From the NCBI GenBank assembly GCA_965205425.1, contig CBDBGZ010000004.1, positions 224,001-288,000 on the forward strand: a DNA stretch of 64,000 nucleotides. Reading direction: 5' to 3'. The DNA comes from Nitrosopumilus sp. (GTDB lineage Archaea; Thermoproteota; Nitrososphaeria; Nitrososphaerales; Nitrosopumilaceae). Position numbers and translations under genes: made by a program. Below the pieces are notes generated by a model. That model was given only the letters and a program-made list of their open reading frames with translations. It ran no database searches and was not told the DNA's origin. Position 1 is the first letter of the stretch, and the number at the start of each line of letters is the position of its first letter. Shown here in pieces: positions 1-10,154 of this stretch.

Positions 1-46
1 ACATCCCCCTCCCCCCCTCTTTTCATTTTATTATCCACCCTTACGA

Positions 47-60
47 TTAGGATTAGCTAA
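47..60. promoter_or_regulatory. Palindromic TTAG-N6-CTAA box upstream of the sufC TATA box (DtxR/MntR-like operator candidate)
   Basis: TTAGGATTAGCTAA at 47-60, TATA-like TATTATATAT at 71-80; similar boxes upstream of sufB. Confidence 0.45.
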
Positions 61-101
61 ATTTCGTCGGTATTATATATAGAATCAAAACAAATCGCAA
101 T

Positions 102-872
102 ATGGCAGTATTAGAAATCAAAGATCTTCACGTAACAAGAGAAGGTAAAGAGATTCTCAAAGGCGTTAATTTGAAAACAGGGCCTGGGGAAGTACATGCC
201 ATCATGGGACCTAACGGTTCAGGAAAAAGTACACTAGCTTATACATTACTTGCACATCCAAAATACGAAGTCATAAAAGGAGACATTTTGTTAGATGGTG
301 AAAGCATTTTAGAATTAACTGCTGATGAAAGAGCAAAGAAAGGATTATTCTTAGGATTCCAATACCCAACTGAAGTTTCAGGAGTAGGTTTTTCTCATTT
401 CTTAAGAACCGCATACAATTCTTTAAGTAAAGCGCTTGAAGGCGACAACAGAGAAGTGTTCATCACAGTTAGAGAGTTTCAAAAATATCTTAAAGAAAAC
501 TTGGAAAAAGTTGGATTAAGAGAAGAATTCCTTTCCAGATATCTTAATGAAGGATTTTCAGGAGGAGAGAAAAAACGTGCAGAAGTTTTACAAATGGCAG
601 TCTTGAAACCAAAAATTTCAATTTTAGATGAACCAGATTCAGGATTAGATATTGACGCAGTTCAAGCAGTAGCACAAGCAATCAGCAAAGTAGCAGACAA
701 AGATGCAACAATTATCATTATCACCCACTATGCAAGAATCTTGAAATTCTTAGACAAATTAGATTTTGTTCACGTATTTGCAAAAGGACAAGTATTGAAA
801 ACAGGCGATGCAGCACTTGCAGACAAATTAGAAGCAGAAGGTTACGAGTGGGCTTTGGAACAATCAACCTAA
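102..872 (+). CDS. sufC: Fe-S cluster assembly ABC ATPase SufC
   Basis: GPNGSGKST Walker A, FQYP, NEGFSGGEKKR, DEPDSGLDID motifs. Confidence 0.97.
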   Translation: MAVLEIKDLHVTREGKEILKGVNLKTGPGEVHAIMGPNGSGKSTLAYTLLAHPKYEVIKGDILLDGESILELTADERAKKGLFLGFQYPTEVSGVGFSHFLRTAYNSLSKALEGDNREVFITVREFQKYLKENLEKVGLREEFLSRYLNEGFSGGEKKRAEVLQMAVLKPKISILDEPDSGLDIDAVQAVAQAISKVADKDATIIIITHYARILKFLDKLDFVHVFAKGQVLKTGDAALADKLEAEGYEWALEQST

Positions 873-1769
873 TCAATTTTAAATAAAACCTTTTTCAAAA
901 AAATGGTGCTGTCCAATTTTGCCAATTTCGGACATGAATTGCATGATTCTTGCACAGAAATATGCAGAACAGACTCCACATACGGCCATATGGATCAAGG
1001 CCGTCACTGCAATGCCGTGATTTTGTGCCAAAATGACACGCACCGACACATAGCTTACGCTAGGGCCGGACCCCTATTCCGGACACGCAATGTCAGGATA
1101 TCAGGTTGTAGCAGACGCACATGATGGTCAACTGCAGTCTTCTTACAGACTCGCTTCTTGCGCGAGCCACCGCACCGAACCTCTCCTTGATTACAGAAAA
1201 CACGTCCTCGACCAGACTGCGCTGATGGTATGCCATTTCAAACCCTTTAGGATCATCGCGATGCCATCGCAACATCTTGCCCATCGGTGTAAATCCGCGT
1301 GGGACAGAGTTCCCCTTGGGGCATATTACCGGCCTGCGTCCGCTGTCAGTTATGACCCTGCAGTTCTCCCCTGCAAGGTATGCCGCATCAAGCAGCACGT
1401 CACCTGAACCCTGTGGCATCCTTGCAAACATGGTACGAAATACCGGCGAGTCATGCGTCCTTCCACAGGTCACCTCGCATGCAGATATCATTCCATGCGG
1501 GGCCACAAGTATGTGCAGCTTGTCAAATCCGCGCCTTGACACCAGTCCCTTCTTGGCATCCTCCCAGTCCTCGTATTTTGCTATGGAGAACCCCGACGAG
1601 TCGCCTCCAAGACTGCCGTGTGTGTCGTCTCCGGCCTGTGCCAGTAACAGTCCCTTGATCTGCCCCATGCGTCCGGAGAGTGACTTTGCCATGTTTCCCA
1701 GGGTGGATTTGGAGGGGATCTTTTTTAAGCCATAGGTGTTTACCGTACCTTGGTGCAGCTCCATGTATG

Positions 1770-3137
1770 GTATGTGTTTAGGTCACGCCTAGATTAAACC
1801 GAATAATTTAGATCAGAGAAGAATTTTCAAGAAATAATGGACTCTAAACCGTGCAAAAACTGTGATGATTTGGCAAGAAAAAATATAGAATTGGAAATCA
1901 AAATCAAGCAGCTAGAATCAAAATTATCTTACTATGATAACCCAAACTCTCCGCCATCATCTGATTCTCTCCATTGGAGGAAACAAAAGAAGAACAGAAA
2001 ATCAAACCATCACAACAAACCAGGACAAAAGCCGGGACACAAGGGAACAACTACTAATTTCAAACCAACAGAGACCATTCTTCACAAAACAGACCAATGC
2101 TCAATATGTAGCAGCAAGAAGATAGAACAAACCACACAACAAACCAGAATCATTGCAGAAATTCCAAAACCGCAACCAGTTATCATAACCAAACACGTAA
2201 TCCACTCATACTTTTGCAACAACTGCGGCAACACAACGACATCTGATTGTGCAATACCCCAGAAAGGAAATTTGGGATTTAATTTGACAGGGATCATACT
2301 ATCTCTGTGGTCAGCTAGAATTACACTAAGAAACATTGCAAAGATGCTTCAATCATTTTATTGTATAAAAATATCTGCAGGTACAATCAACAATTGTCTG
2401 TGTAACACTTCTGCAGCACTAGAACCTGTCGTAGAGAAAATCAGAGATGACATCTGTACCTCAAAATCTGCGCATTTTGATGAGACAAAATATTCCATTC
2501 ATGGAAATACGGGATGGGTATGGACTGGAGTGAACCAGAACTCGTGTTTTATCACAGTTGAGAAAAGTCGAGGCAAAAATGTGTTACAGAAACATTTCCC
2601 ATCATTTGCAGGAGTTGCAGTCTGTGACGGATGGATGCCATACCATATGTTTAGTATCAGACAGAGGTGCTGGGCCCACATACTGCGTGAGGCAAGACAC
2701 ACATCAGAAAAACTAGAAACAGACAATTCTACCTCATTGTATCAATCTTTGAAAGAATTGTTTGTATACATCACATTATACAAAATAGAAAAACCAAATT
2801 ATTTTCTGTATGATTCTGCCATACTGTCATTGGAGCAAATCCTGTTACAATATACTGATGATGAATCATTACAAAAATTTCTAACCAAGATTAATAACGC
2901 AAAGAATAACCTGTTCACATTTTTGCTATATCCAGGAGTGGAACCAACAAACAATGCAGCTGAGCGTGCATTACGAGAGTCAGTAATTTGTAGAAAGATT
3001 CGTGGATGTGTTAGGAATGAGAAGGGTATGAGAATGTTTGGAAATTTAATGAGTTGTATTATGACATGGAAGGTTAGGAATTGCAATATTTTAGATGAAA
3101 TTGTGAAATATGTGTGAGTCTGGACCTAAACACGTAC
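1770..3137 (+). mobile_element. Single-ORF IS66-family element (ISBst12-like), intact, 1368 bp
   Basis: Ends GTATGTGTTTAGGTC / GACCTAAACACGTAC; 8-bp TSD CATGTATG at 1762-1769 and 3138-3145. Confidence 0.93.
1837..3117 (+). CDS. IS66-family transposase
   Basis: NSPPSSD, KPGQKPGHKG, CxxC zinc finger, HFDET, QRCWAHILRE, PTNNAAERALR. Confidence 0.95.
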   Translation: MDSKPCKNCDDLARKNIELEIKIKQLESKLSYYDNPNSPPSSDSLHWRKQKKNRKSNHHNKPGQKPGHKGTTTNFKPTETILHKTDQCSICSSKKIEQTTQQTRIIAEIPKPQPVIITKHVIHSYFCNNCGNTTTSDCAIPQKGNLGFNLTGIILSLWSARITLRNIAKMLQSFYCIKISAGTINNCLCNTSAALEPVVEKIRDDICTSKSAHFDETKYSIHGNTGWVWTGVNQNSCFITVEKSRGKNVLQKHFPSFAGVAVCDGWMPYHMFSIRQRCWAHILREARHTSEKLETDNSTSLYQSLKELFVYITLYKIEKPNYFLYDSAILSLEQILLQYTDDESLQKFLTKINNAKNNLFTFLLYPGVEPTNNAAERALRESVICRKIRGCVRNEKGMRMFGNLMSCIMTWKVRNCNILDEIVKYV

Positions 3138-3285
3138 CATGTATGTAACGTGGATTCTGTACGAGTGGTTGTGAAACACCATGTCCAGTACGCATAACAG
3201 CGAGGCAATCTCGGCATCGGTAGCATCTTTCCACACGGAGGGGATCAGCTTCTTGATTCGCTTGATCCTTGCCCTTATCTTCTTG

Positions 3286-3747
3286 CTCTCGCCCCTTCTA
3301 TTCTTCTCATATTGTGAGTAGTTGCGATACTTTCGTGCCTTGAGATTTCTGACGTGCTTGCGGTATTGTGTTACGTGTGCACCGTACAGTGCGTTCCTGT
3401 GCTTCTTTTTCCCAGTCATTACATGTACCAGTCATTTGGTGATCAAAAAACATGGCGGAATCCGTCATGATCTATAAGCTTTTCGCAAGTTTTGCGGAAA
3501 AAATTTGGACAGCACCCTCTCGCCCCTTCTATTCTTCTCATATTGTGAGTAGTTGCGATACTTTCGTGCCTTGAGATTTCTGACGTGCTTGCGGTATTGT
3601 GTTACGTGTGCACCGTACAGTGCGTTCCTGTGCTTCTTTTTCCCAGTCATTACATGTACCAGTCATTTGGTGATCAAAAAACATGGCGGAATCCGTCATG
3701 ATCTATAAGCTTTTCGCAAGTTTTGCGGAAAAAATTTGGACAGCACC
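3286..3747. repeat. 231-bp tandem duplication of the IS5-like left end (3286-3516 and 3517-3747)
   Basis: CTCTCGCCCCTTCT...GGACAGCACC occurs twice head to tail. Confidence 0.9.
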
Positions 3748-3758
3748 CAAAAAAATTA

Positions 3759-4664
3759 GGTGATTATCAATTATTCACCACCAACACATAATCTAACAAT
3801 AATGAGAAAGTATCCTCATCTCTGTTGTTGTATCTCCATTCCATTTCTTTGATGTACAACAAAAACTTTCCTGGACTTACTCCGTGATGCTTTGCCATGT
3901 TCTCTTTTGCAAAACTCCAAAACCCTTCGATTCCATTTATGTAAACATCGCCTTTACCAAACATTTTGCTGTGGTCTATTGAGAGATGCTTGTAACCATT
4001 GAAAATTAGAGAATCATATCCTTTCCACTTGTCCGTATACACAATACTTCCTTTCTTTACTTTCTTGATGGTGCTTGCAAGAAGAGTTTTAGCTTTGACG
4101 TTGTTTACAATCTCAACGTGAACTTTTCCCTTTCTTTCCAGTATGCCAAATACGATGGTCTTGTTCTTGGCACCTCTGCCACGATTTCCCTTTCTTTTTC
4201 CTCCAAAATACGCCTCGTCAGCCTCAATTTTCCCTTTTAGTTTCTTGTCAGATTCTGCTAGATGATACAGTATGGCATATCTAATACAATCAAAAGCATT
4301 TAGTGCAGTTGGATAACTGACATCCGCTTCTCTAGCTGCACGTCTTGCACTAATCCCAAGATCAAATAGTTTGACTAGGGCCAACCATTTTGTAAAATTA
4401 ATGTTGATGATATCAAACCATGTTCCAGCAAACGGTCTATAATCTGTCTTGCAATCTTTGCATCTTAGTTTCCCTCTTGAAATAATATAGTAATTCTCAG
4501 AGTTACATGATGAACAATGAATTGTGTTTTTCTTTTTGAATTGGTTGCAGAGAAATTCCAATGCCGTTGATTTGTTGTGAATTATTTTAGATAACTCAAT
4601 TATGTTGATTGTTTTTTCCAATAATTACTCAAAAATAGTTGGTGGTAATAGGTTTACAATCACC
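3759..4664 (-). mobile_element. IS1595-family element, copy 1 (906 bp)
   Basis: GGTGATT...AATCACC ends; 8-bp TSD AAAAATTA at 3751-3758 and 4665-4672. Confidence 0.93.
3767..4621 (-). CDS. IS1595-family transposase
   Basis: N-terminal Zn ribbon, EADEAYFGG, YTD, INGIEGFWS. Confidence 0.95.
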   Translation of the reverse strand: MEKTINIIELSKIIHNKSTALEFLCNQFKKKNTIHCSSCNSENYYIISRGKLRCKDCKTDYRPFAGTWFDIININFTKWLALVKLFDLGISARRAAREADVSYPTALNAFDCIRYAILYHLAESDKKLKGKIEADEAYFGGKRKGNRGRGAKNKTIVFGILERKGKVHVEIVNNVKAKTLLASTIKKVKKGSIVYTDKWKGYDSLIFNGYKHLSIDHSKMFGKGDVYINGIEGFWSFAKENMAKHHGVSPGKFLLYIKEMEWRYNNRDEDTFSLLLDYVLVVNN

Positions 4665-4751
4665 AAAAATTATTAGTTTACAAAGTTTTTGAAGATTCTA
4701 TAACAGAGAATCTAGTTTTTGTTTAAATAGGGTTTCAAAATTTGGAATAAT

Positions 4752-5429
4752 ATGTCAGAAGAAAATCAACAATATTATTTTAATTTCTCATTTTTTAAAG
4801 TAGACCCAAAATGGAGATGGATGGCAGACCTAGCAAAAGAAGAATCTGCAAAGGAAGTTGAGAATGTAATTAACAATTCAGGAATAATGTTTAGATCATA
4901 TTCAAATTTAGGATTAAGGGATGATGCGGACTTTATGTTTTGGTTTGCAGCAAAATCTGTTGAAGAAATACAAAAAGTAATGGAAAAAATTTACAAAACA
5001 GTTTTTGGAAAATATATCATACCTTCAAGGACATACCTTTCATGTACTAGACCTTCAGTTTACGTCCAAGAAGCAAGAAAAGAGCATGGTTTTCTAACTG
5101 GAATGGAACCAAAAAAACACGTCGTAGTTTATCCATTTACTAAAACAAGAGAGTGGTATCTCTTACCAAAAGAAAAGCGTCAAGAAATAATGGATGAGCA
5201 TATAAAAGTGAGTAAAAAATACCCACAAGTGGTTCTCAATACAACTTACTCATTTGGAATACATGATGAGGATTTCATGCTTGCATTTGAAGTAGATGAT
5301 ATCAGAGATTTTCAGGATTTAATCATGGATTTGAGAGAAACACAAGTTTCAACATATGTCAAAAAGGACATACCAATGATTGTGTGTGTGAAAAAAGACA
5401 TCGTCCCAATGATTTCCAGTTTAGGATAA
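4752..5429 (+). CDS. Chlorite dismutase / coproheme decarboxylase (ChdC-like) family heme protein
   Basis: YPFTK..WYLL..R..IM.EH, YSFGIHDEDF..AFE, DLRE motifs; near tetrapyrrole genes. Confidence 0.85.
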   Translation: MSEENQQYYFNFSFFKVDPKWRWMADLAKEESAKEVENVINNSGIMFRSYSNLGLRDDADFMFWFAAKSVEEIQKVMEKIYKTVFGKYIIPSRTYLSCTRPSVYVQEARKEHGFLTGMEPKKHVVVYPFTKTREWYLLPKEKRQEIMDEHIKVSKKYPQVVLNTTYSFGIHDEDFMLAFEVDDIRDFQDLIMDLRETQVSTYVKKDIPMIVCVKKDIVPMISSLG

Positions 5430-5628
5430 GCCTACAAATTATTTAAAAATCAAATATCATAGGTGCAAATCTTGGATAAACATCCATAGCTCTATTATAG
5501 AGTGTTTTACATGTTCTTTAACTTTAATTCTGTAATTTTATTTAGAAATATTACTGAAAAATAAGGTTTTTTGAGCATATTAGTTCCTGTAAATCAGAAT
5601 TATCTTTTTAATTTGTTTATCGTGATGT

Positions 5629-5829
5629 TTGGTTAAAGATCTAAAATTACTCAAAGAAACAATGACAAAAGAACCATCAAAAGTCATCAAAGCATTAGAT
5701 ACAGCAGACAGACAGCAAACATACCCACTAACATTATCAGATCAGCTGCAGATGAAATTGAGAACAGGAATAAAATCCAAAAAGAGATTGAACCTAAAAT
5801 TAAGGACCAAACCAAAAATGAGATATTAG
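5629..5829 (+). CDS. Hypothetical small protein or fragment
   Basis: ORF only; abuts an IS end. Confidence 0.25.
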   Translation: MVKDLKLLKETMTKEPSKVIKALDTADRQQTYPLTLSDQLQMKLRTGIKSKKRLNLKLRTKPKMRY

Positions 5830-6086
5830 ATCATGAGACTTGGACATAATGATTTACAAAAATAATTTCCAATATTTCTCTAGCAACACAACATTCTCTT
5901 TACAGTTCTTGGATTCTCTGCACCAATTGCACAGTTGTAGTAAACTCTCAACTGATACACAAGAACACAAACCAACACAAATGATTTGACATTGTGCAAT
6001 CCCTTTACAGGCAATACTCTGATGTCAAAAATATCATCTTTGAGATACTCAAATACAGGTTCAATTGAGGTTTTTCTATCTGCATA

Positions 6087-7184
6087 TACCCCAGATCATA
6101 AGTCTTTTCAATTTACTGTTCTTGCAAAATACTGATACATATTCAAATTAAATTTGTGGGTTCTAAAATATTCCATAACTGTATGTCTCATCTCATGAAT
6201 AGATTCATAAAATTCTGATTCAACATTAACATGTTTGCACTGTCTCCAAATCTCTTCAATCATACTCAAATGCGGGAAGCCTCTCAGAAGATATGCCAGT
6301 TTGACATCTTTGTTTTTACGCAGATATTCTTTTACATCATTAGCTTTGTGTTGTGGTGCCCTATCAACAATAACAAATATTTTTCCAAATTTTCTACGAG
6401 CTGCTTGCAAATAATCCATAAATGCAATTGAATTAAATTTTTCATACGATCTAAAAAAACTTTGATTGCCATCTGTCACCATTCCATAAACCAAAAATCT
6501 TTGGTGCGATCCTCTCCAACGTACAATCATTCGTTGGTGTGCATCTGTCCAGTATTTTTTACCAAGACGTACATCGTCTACAAATACAGACTCGTCTTGG
6601 ATGAATACTGTAAAACCTTTCTTTTTTGCCTTTTCTATGCGTGAAATGATGTGGTTTTTCCACTTGCGGCATGTATCCTTGGATGCTGCTCGTACATGTA
6701 CCTTTTGTGGAACCTTTGGTTTTAGATTCCATTTGTGCATCAAAGGACGCACATGAGTGATATGATATGTAATGCGTGTTCTGTAAAATATGAATTGTAC
6801 CAGTTTCTTTGGAGTCATGCCGTCTGAAATTTTCTTAAATGTACGCTCTATTTTTTGTAATTTTTTGTGTGAGATTAATGGCGGACGGCCAGAACGAGGG
6901 GGGGTCCTCCAGGCCCTCTAGTCCGTATTTTTCAAATGAATCAAGCCAATTCCTTACAGAATTGCATGTACAAAACATTTGGTTGGCAGTTTCAGCAATT
7001 GTGAATTTGTTGATCTTAATTATACACATTGCATGCAGTCTTTCCTTTTTCTTACCGTACTTTTCTTTTTTGTAGGCCCTGGAGTAACTCGTCATTTGTG
7101 ATGTCCATGAAATTATTTCTAACTACTGATCAAAAAGTATTGCTATTTGTTTTGAAAAATTGCAAAGAATTATGCTCCAAGGTA
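6087..7184 (-). mobile_element. IS630-family element A
   Basis: Imperfect IRs TACCCCAGATCATAAGTCTTT / TACCTTGGAGCATAATTCTTT; TA duplicated at 6085-6086 and 7185-7186. Confidence 0.88.
6108..7095 (-). pseudogene. IS630 transposase frameshifted at a C7 run
   Basis: HTH ORF 6835-7095 plus DDE ORF 6108-6818 (QDES, VDRAPQHK, SMIEEIW); removing one C restores PRSGRPP and a continuous frame. Confidence 0.85.
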
Positions 7185-8081
7185 TACATCTCTTGACCAA
7201 TTACAGAATTGTAAAACTCTACGAGTTTTATTCTCTCTGGCGGCGTATGCGGGTATTGTTTTATTGGAGTAATTAATCTCAGATTTTTCTTGTTGCTAAA
7301 TTGATGCAGTGAACCATTGTCATATGCAGGATCACATAAGATATTCTCGACAAATCCTGCAAGATTCAGTTAGTATTTCATACATCTTCTTGCCGTCATG
7401 AACATTTGCAGTTGAGACATCAGCAGATAGTGGAACAACCAGTTTGCCAGTACTACAACTCATATGCAGTTTGTACCCAAATATCCAACCCTTTGATTTT
7501 GAAAAACCCCATTTTGCATCTGTGTCAATTCCTGAGATTGAAAGTCTGTTTTGCTTCATATCTGACTTGTGCCATACTGGACCTGTAGCTTTTAGCATTG
7601 AACTATCCACTGATGCAGATATGTCATCGACTAGTTTCTCTGATACAAACAGACATTCCATATTACTGATTATATCGCCAATTGGCAGAACTTGGAATAT
7701 CTGTCAATGGTTCTTCTGTTTGGAATTTGAGCTAGTCTGCAAACCTTGAGCAATTTATCATTGATACCTTTAGTCAAAAGAAAATAATGTAATGTATTGT
7801 TGCTTGGAATTCTCATCCATGACTTTATGATGGACAGATGCTGTACCATTAGAATTGTAGAGTATACGTACGGTCTACCAGGTTTCAGTATCTCTTCATA
7901 CAAAGACAACATTCCCACCAAATACAAAATACCAATAAGAAATGATTCCGATAGAATCTTGCTAGGGATTTTCATTTGTTTTGACATTACAATGAACAAA
8001 ACAGGATAAGATCCTTAGCTTTTTCTATTTGAATAATTTGAGAATTGACTCAAAAATTAGAATTAGTTATGCCCATGTCTC

Positions 8082-8644
8082 GTGTAATTGTTTGGTCAAT
8101 TCCATCTGATAATGCAACAATCATTTTCTCTTGTGGTATTTTTGCAATCTGCTTTCTAATCCAAGAGCCTGATGGAATTACACATTCAGTTTTTATCTTC
8201 AGTTTATTTGCAGTTGATTCAGAATAGCAGTTACCAAGACAACATTCCATAATGAAATGATGTATAGCGAAAAGATAAAGTTCGTGAACTAAAAATCATC
8301 AAAAAACTAGAGATTAGATGATTTTACCTAAGGTAAATACGAATAAACAATCTGAAACACCTTGAAAATAGTTCATGAACATATGCTTCTCGCTATATGT
8401 CCTCTGAATTGTATATGGCATTACTTTTTTGTGAGCAAGAAAACGACAACGTCGTGCACATTATTTTAGCGATATTTGTAAATGCTTGAGTTGTTGAATT
8501 TCTAATGTGTGTAAAATCAAGATTATGATTCATATTTGATGGGGCAGCACACCTCCTTCAAGCTTTTTCTATCCAAATTTGTTGTTTAACTGATGAAATA
8601 ATGGTTAGTTTGTGATCTAAATTGAGTTACTTTCCCAAGTACTG
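8082..8644 (-). mobile_element. Truncated ISH3-like element (left end plus transposase N-terminus, ATG at 8533)
   Basis: End CAGTACTTGGGAAAGTAA at 8644-8627; removing the MITE gives the continuous frame MNHNLDFTHIRNS...EDIHHFIMECCLGN...IPSGSWIRKQI; family inferred from the CAGTAC end. Confidence 0.65.
8263..8397. mobile_element. MITE type 1 (IS630-type, TA-flanked), copy 1
   Basis: TA|TAGCGAAAAG...CTTCTCGCTA|TA, about 27-bp imperfect IR, non-coding; same sequence at 32907-33041. Confidence 0.9.
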
Positions 8645-8758
8645 CATTTGTTTCTATTCTGTATCCCTTGCCAGATTCGTAGTTTCAAAATCAATAATAG
8701 TAAGATTATTTTTCATTTTTACTTAAAATAGTAAGAATACCTTATAAAACTACCCAGT

Positions 8759-9808
8759 ATGACTAGTTGTATAAACATAAATGATGAAATTTTAGATCAA
8801 AAAATAGTTTTGAAATACAATAAACTAGGAAAAACAGACATTGAAATCTCAGAGATAGGATTTGGAGCATGGGCAATTGCACTTGATTGGTGGGGCAAAA
8901 AAATTGAAGAAGATGAAGCAAAACGAATGCTCAAAAAAGCATACGATGTAGGAATTAATTTCTTTGAAACAGGGGATTTGTACGGTAAAGGATTAAGTGA
9001 AAAAATAATTGGCGAAGTTTTCAAAGATATGAGAGACGAGATTGTTATTTCTACAAAATATGGTTATGATTTTAGCGGTGTTGAACAAATAGGACACAAA
9101 GAACTTCCACAAAGATTTGATGAAGATTATACTAGAATGGCACTAAGAAATAGTTTAGAACGATTACAAACAGACCATGTTGATATGTATGGTGTACATA
9201 ATCCAAAATTAAAAGACGTAAGGAATGATTCTATTTTCAACTTACTTGATAGTTTCATTAAAGATGGCTCCATCAAAACATATCAAATTGCTTTAGGTCC
9301 TGCAATAGGATGGACCCAAGAGGGCATGGAAGCAATAGATAAACCAAATCTAAGTGCAGTTCAAACAGTTTACAATATTTTAGAACAAACACCGGGAAAT
9401 GAATTAATGAAAAAAGCTGAAGAGAAAGATGTAGGAATTCTAGTCAGAGTTCCAGAAGCATCAGGAATTTTAACAGGCAAAGTTAATGCAAATACAAAAT
9501 TTGATGATAATGATCACAGATCAGTAAGAAAAAGAGAATGGCTCAAAGCATCACTAGAAAAAGTTGAACAGTTCAGACCAATTGCAGACAGAAATGGGTT
9601 AAACATCACAGAATTTGCAATGAAGTATATGATGACAAAGAAAGGATTTGCAACAGTACTTCCAACAATGATCAGTGAAGAAGAAATTGTAAATTATGCT
9701 CAGATATCAGATGGAAAATATATTTCAGATTCAGACATGAAAGAAGTAGAAGAATTATACAATACCTGGCCTTCATACGAATTAAAAGTAACACCTCAAG
9801 CAAATTAA
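8759..9808 (+). CDS. Aldo/keto reductase (likely start TTG at 8810)
   Basis: LGKTDIEISEIGFGAW, G.NFFETGDLYG, SLERLQTDHVD. Confidence 0.92.
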   Translation: MTSCININDEILDQKIVLKYNKLGKTDIEISEIGFGAWAIALDWWGKKIEEDEAKRMLKKAYDVGINFFETGDLYGKGLSEKIIGEVFKDMRDEIVISTKYGYDFSGVEQIGHKELPQRFDEDYTRMALRNSLERLQTDHVDMYGVHNPKLKDVRNDSIFNLLDSFIKDGSIKTYQIALGPAIGWTQEGMEAIDKPNLSAVQTVYNILEQTPGNELMKKAEEKDVGILVRVPEASGILTGKVNANTKFDDNDHRSVRKREWLKASLEKVEQFRPIADRNGLNITEFAMKYMMTKKGFATVLPTMISEEEIVNYAQISDGKYISDSDMKEVEELYNTWPSYELKVTPQAN

Positions 9809-9815
9809 TTTGTAA

Positions 9816-10154
9816 ATGAGTGACCCAATAGATATAGAAAAAACTCTGAAAGTTATTGAAATAATGAAGATTGCCAAGATAGGCAAATACAAGAAATGGG
9901 AAACCATGATAAAAAAAATCAAAAATTATCAGAAACTAAATCCTGAAGAATTAGAATATTATTCAAACATAACTAGAATCTACAAGGAATCAGGCATCAC
10001 ATCTAGAAGTAAAGTATACCATACCAAACTCTCAGAATTGGATGAAAAACCACCATGCAAAGAATGTGGAGATGATTCACAATTCTATTGCAACATGAAC
10101 GATCAATATTTTTGTACAATTCATGTCGTAGGACATGATGAGAATGAATTCTAA
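9816..10154 (+). CDS. Hypothetical protein with C-terminal Cys/His zinc-binding motif
   Basis: CKEC...FYC...FCTIH. Confidence 0.7.
   Translation: MSDPIDIEKTLKVIEIMKIAKIGKYKKWETMIKKIKNYQKLNPEELEYYSNITRIYKESGITSRSKVYHTKLSELDEKPPCKECGDDSQFYCNMNDQYFCTIHVVGHDENEF

Larger units (their letters stand above)
1093..3419 (-). pseudogene. 316-aa DDE transposase split by IS66 (pieces 3126-3419 and 1093-1764)
   Basis: The two ORF pieces concatenate to the intact protein at 16317-17267. Confidence 0.93.
905..3747 (-). mobile_element. IS5-family (IS903-like) element, copy 1; interrupted by an IS66 and carrying a duplicated left end
   Basis: GGTGCTGTCCAA inverted ends at 905 and 3747; 9-bp TSD CAAAAAAAT at 896-904 and 3748-3756; near-identical to 17465-18700. 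Confidence 0.92.
5835..8081 (-). mobile_element. GAGAC-ended DDE IS (DDE_Tnp_1-type, IS5/IS982-like); degenerate, apparently chimeric, with nested IS630
   Basis: Ends GAGACTTGGACATAA (5835) and TTATGCCCATGTCTC (8081); frameshifted ORFs match 46644-47660; no TSD. Confidence 0.88.

Noticed and set aside
903..1735. Overlapping ORFs in the IS5-like element (also 16502-18735)
   Set aside because: Shadow frames of a GC-rich transposase gene, repeated only because the IS is repeated.
4752..5429. True chlorite dismutase
   Set aside because: The catalytic distal Arg is not apparent and the context is heme biosynthesis.
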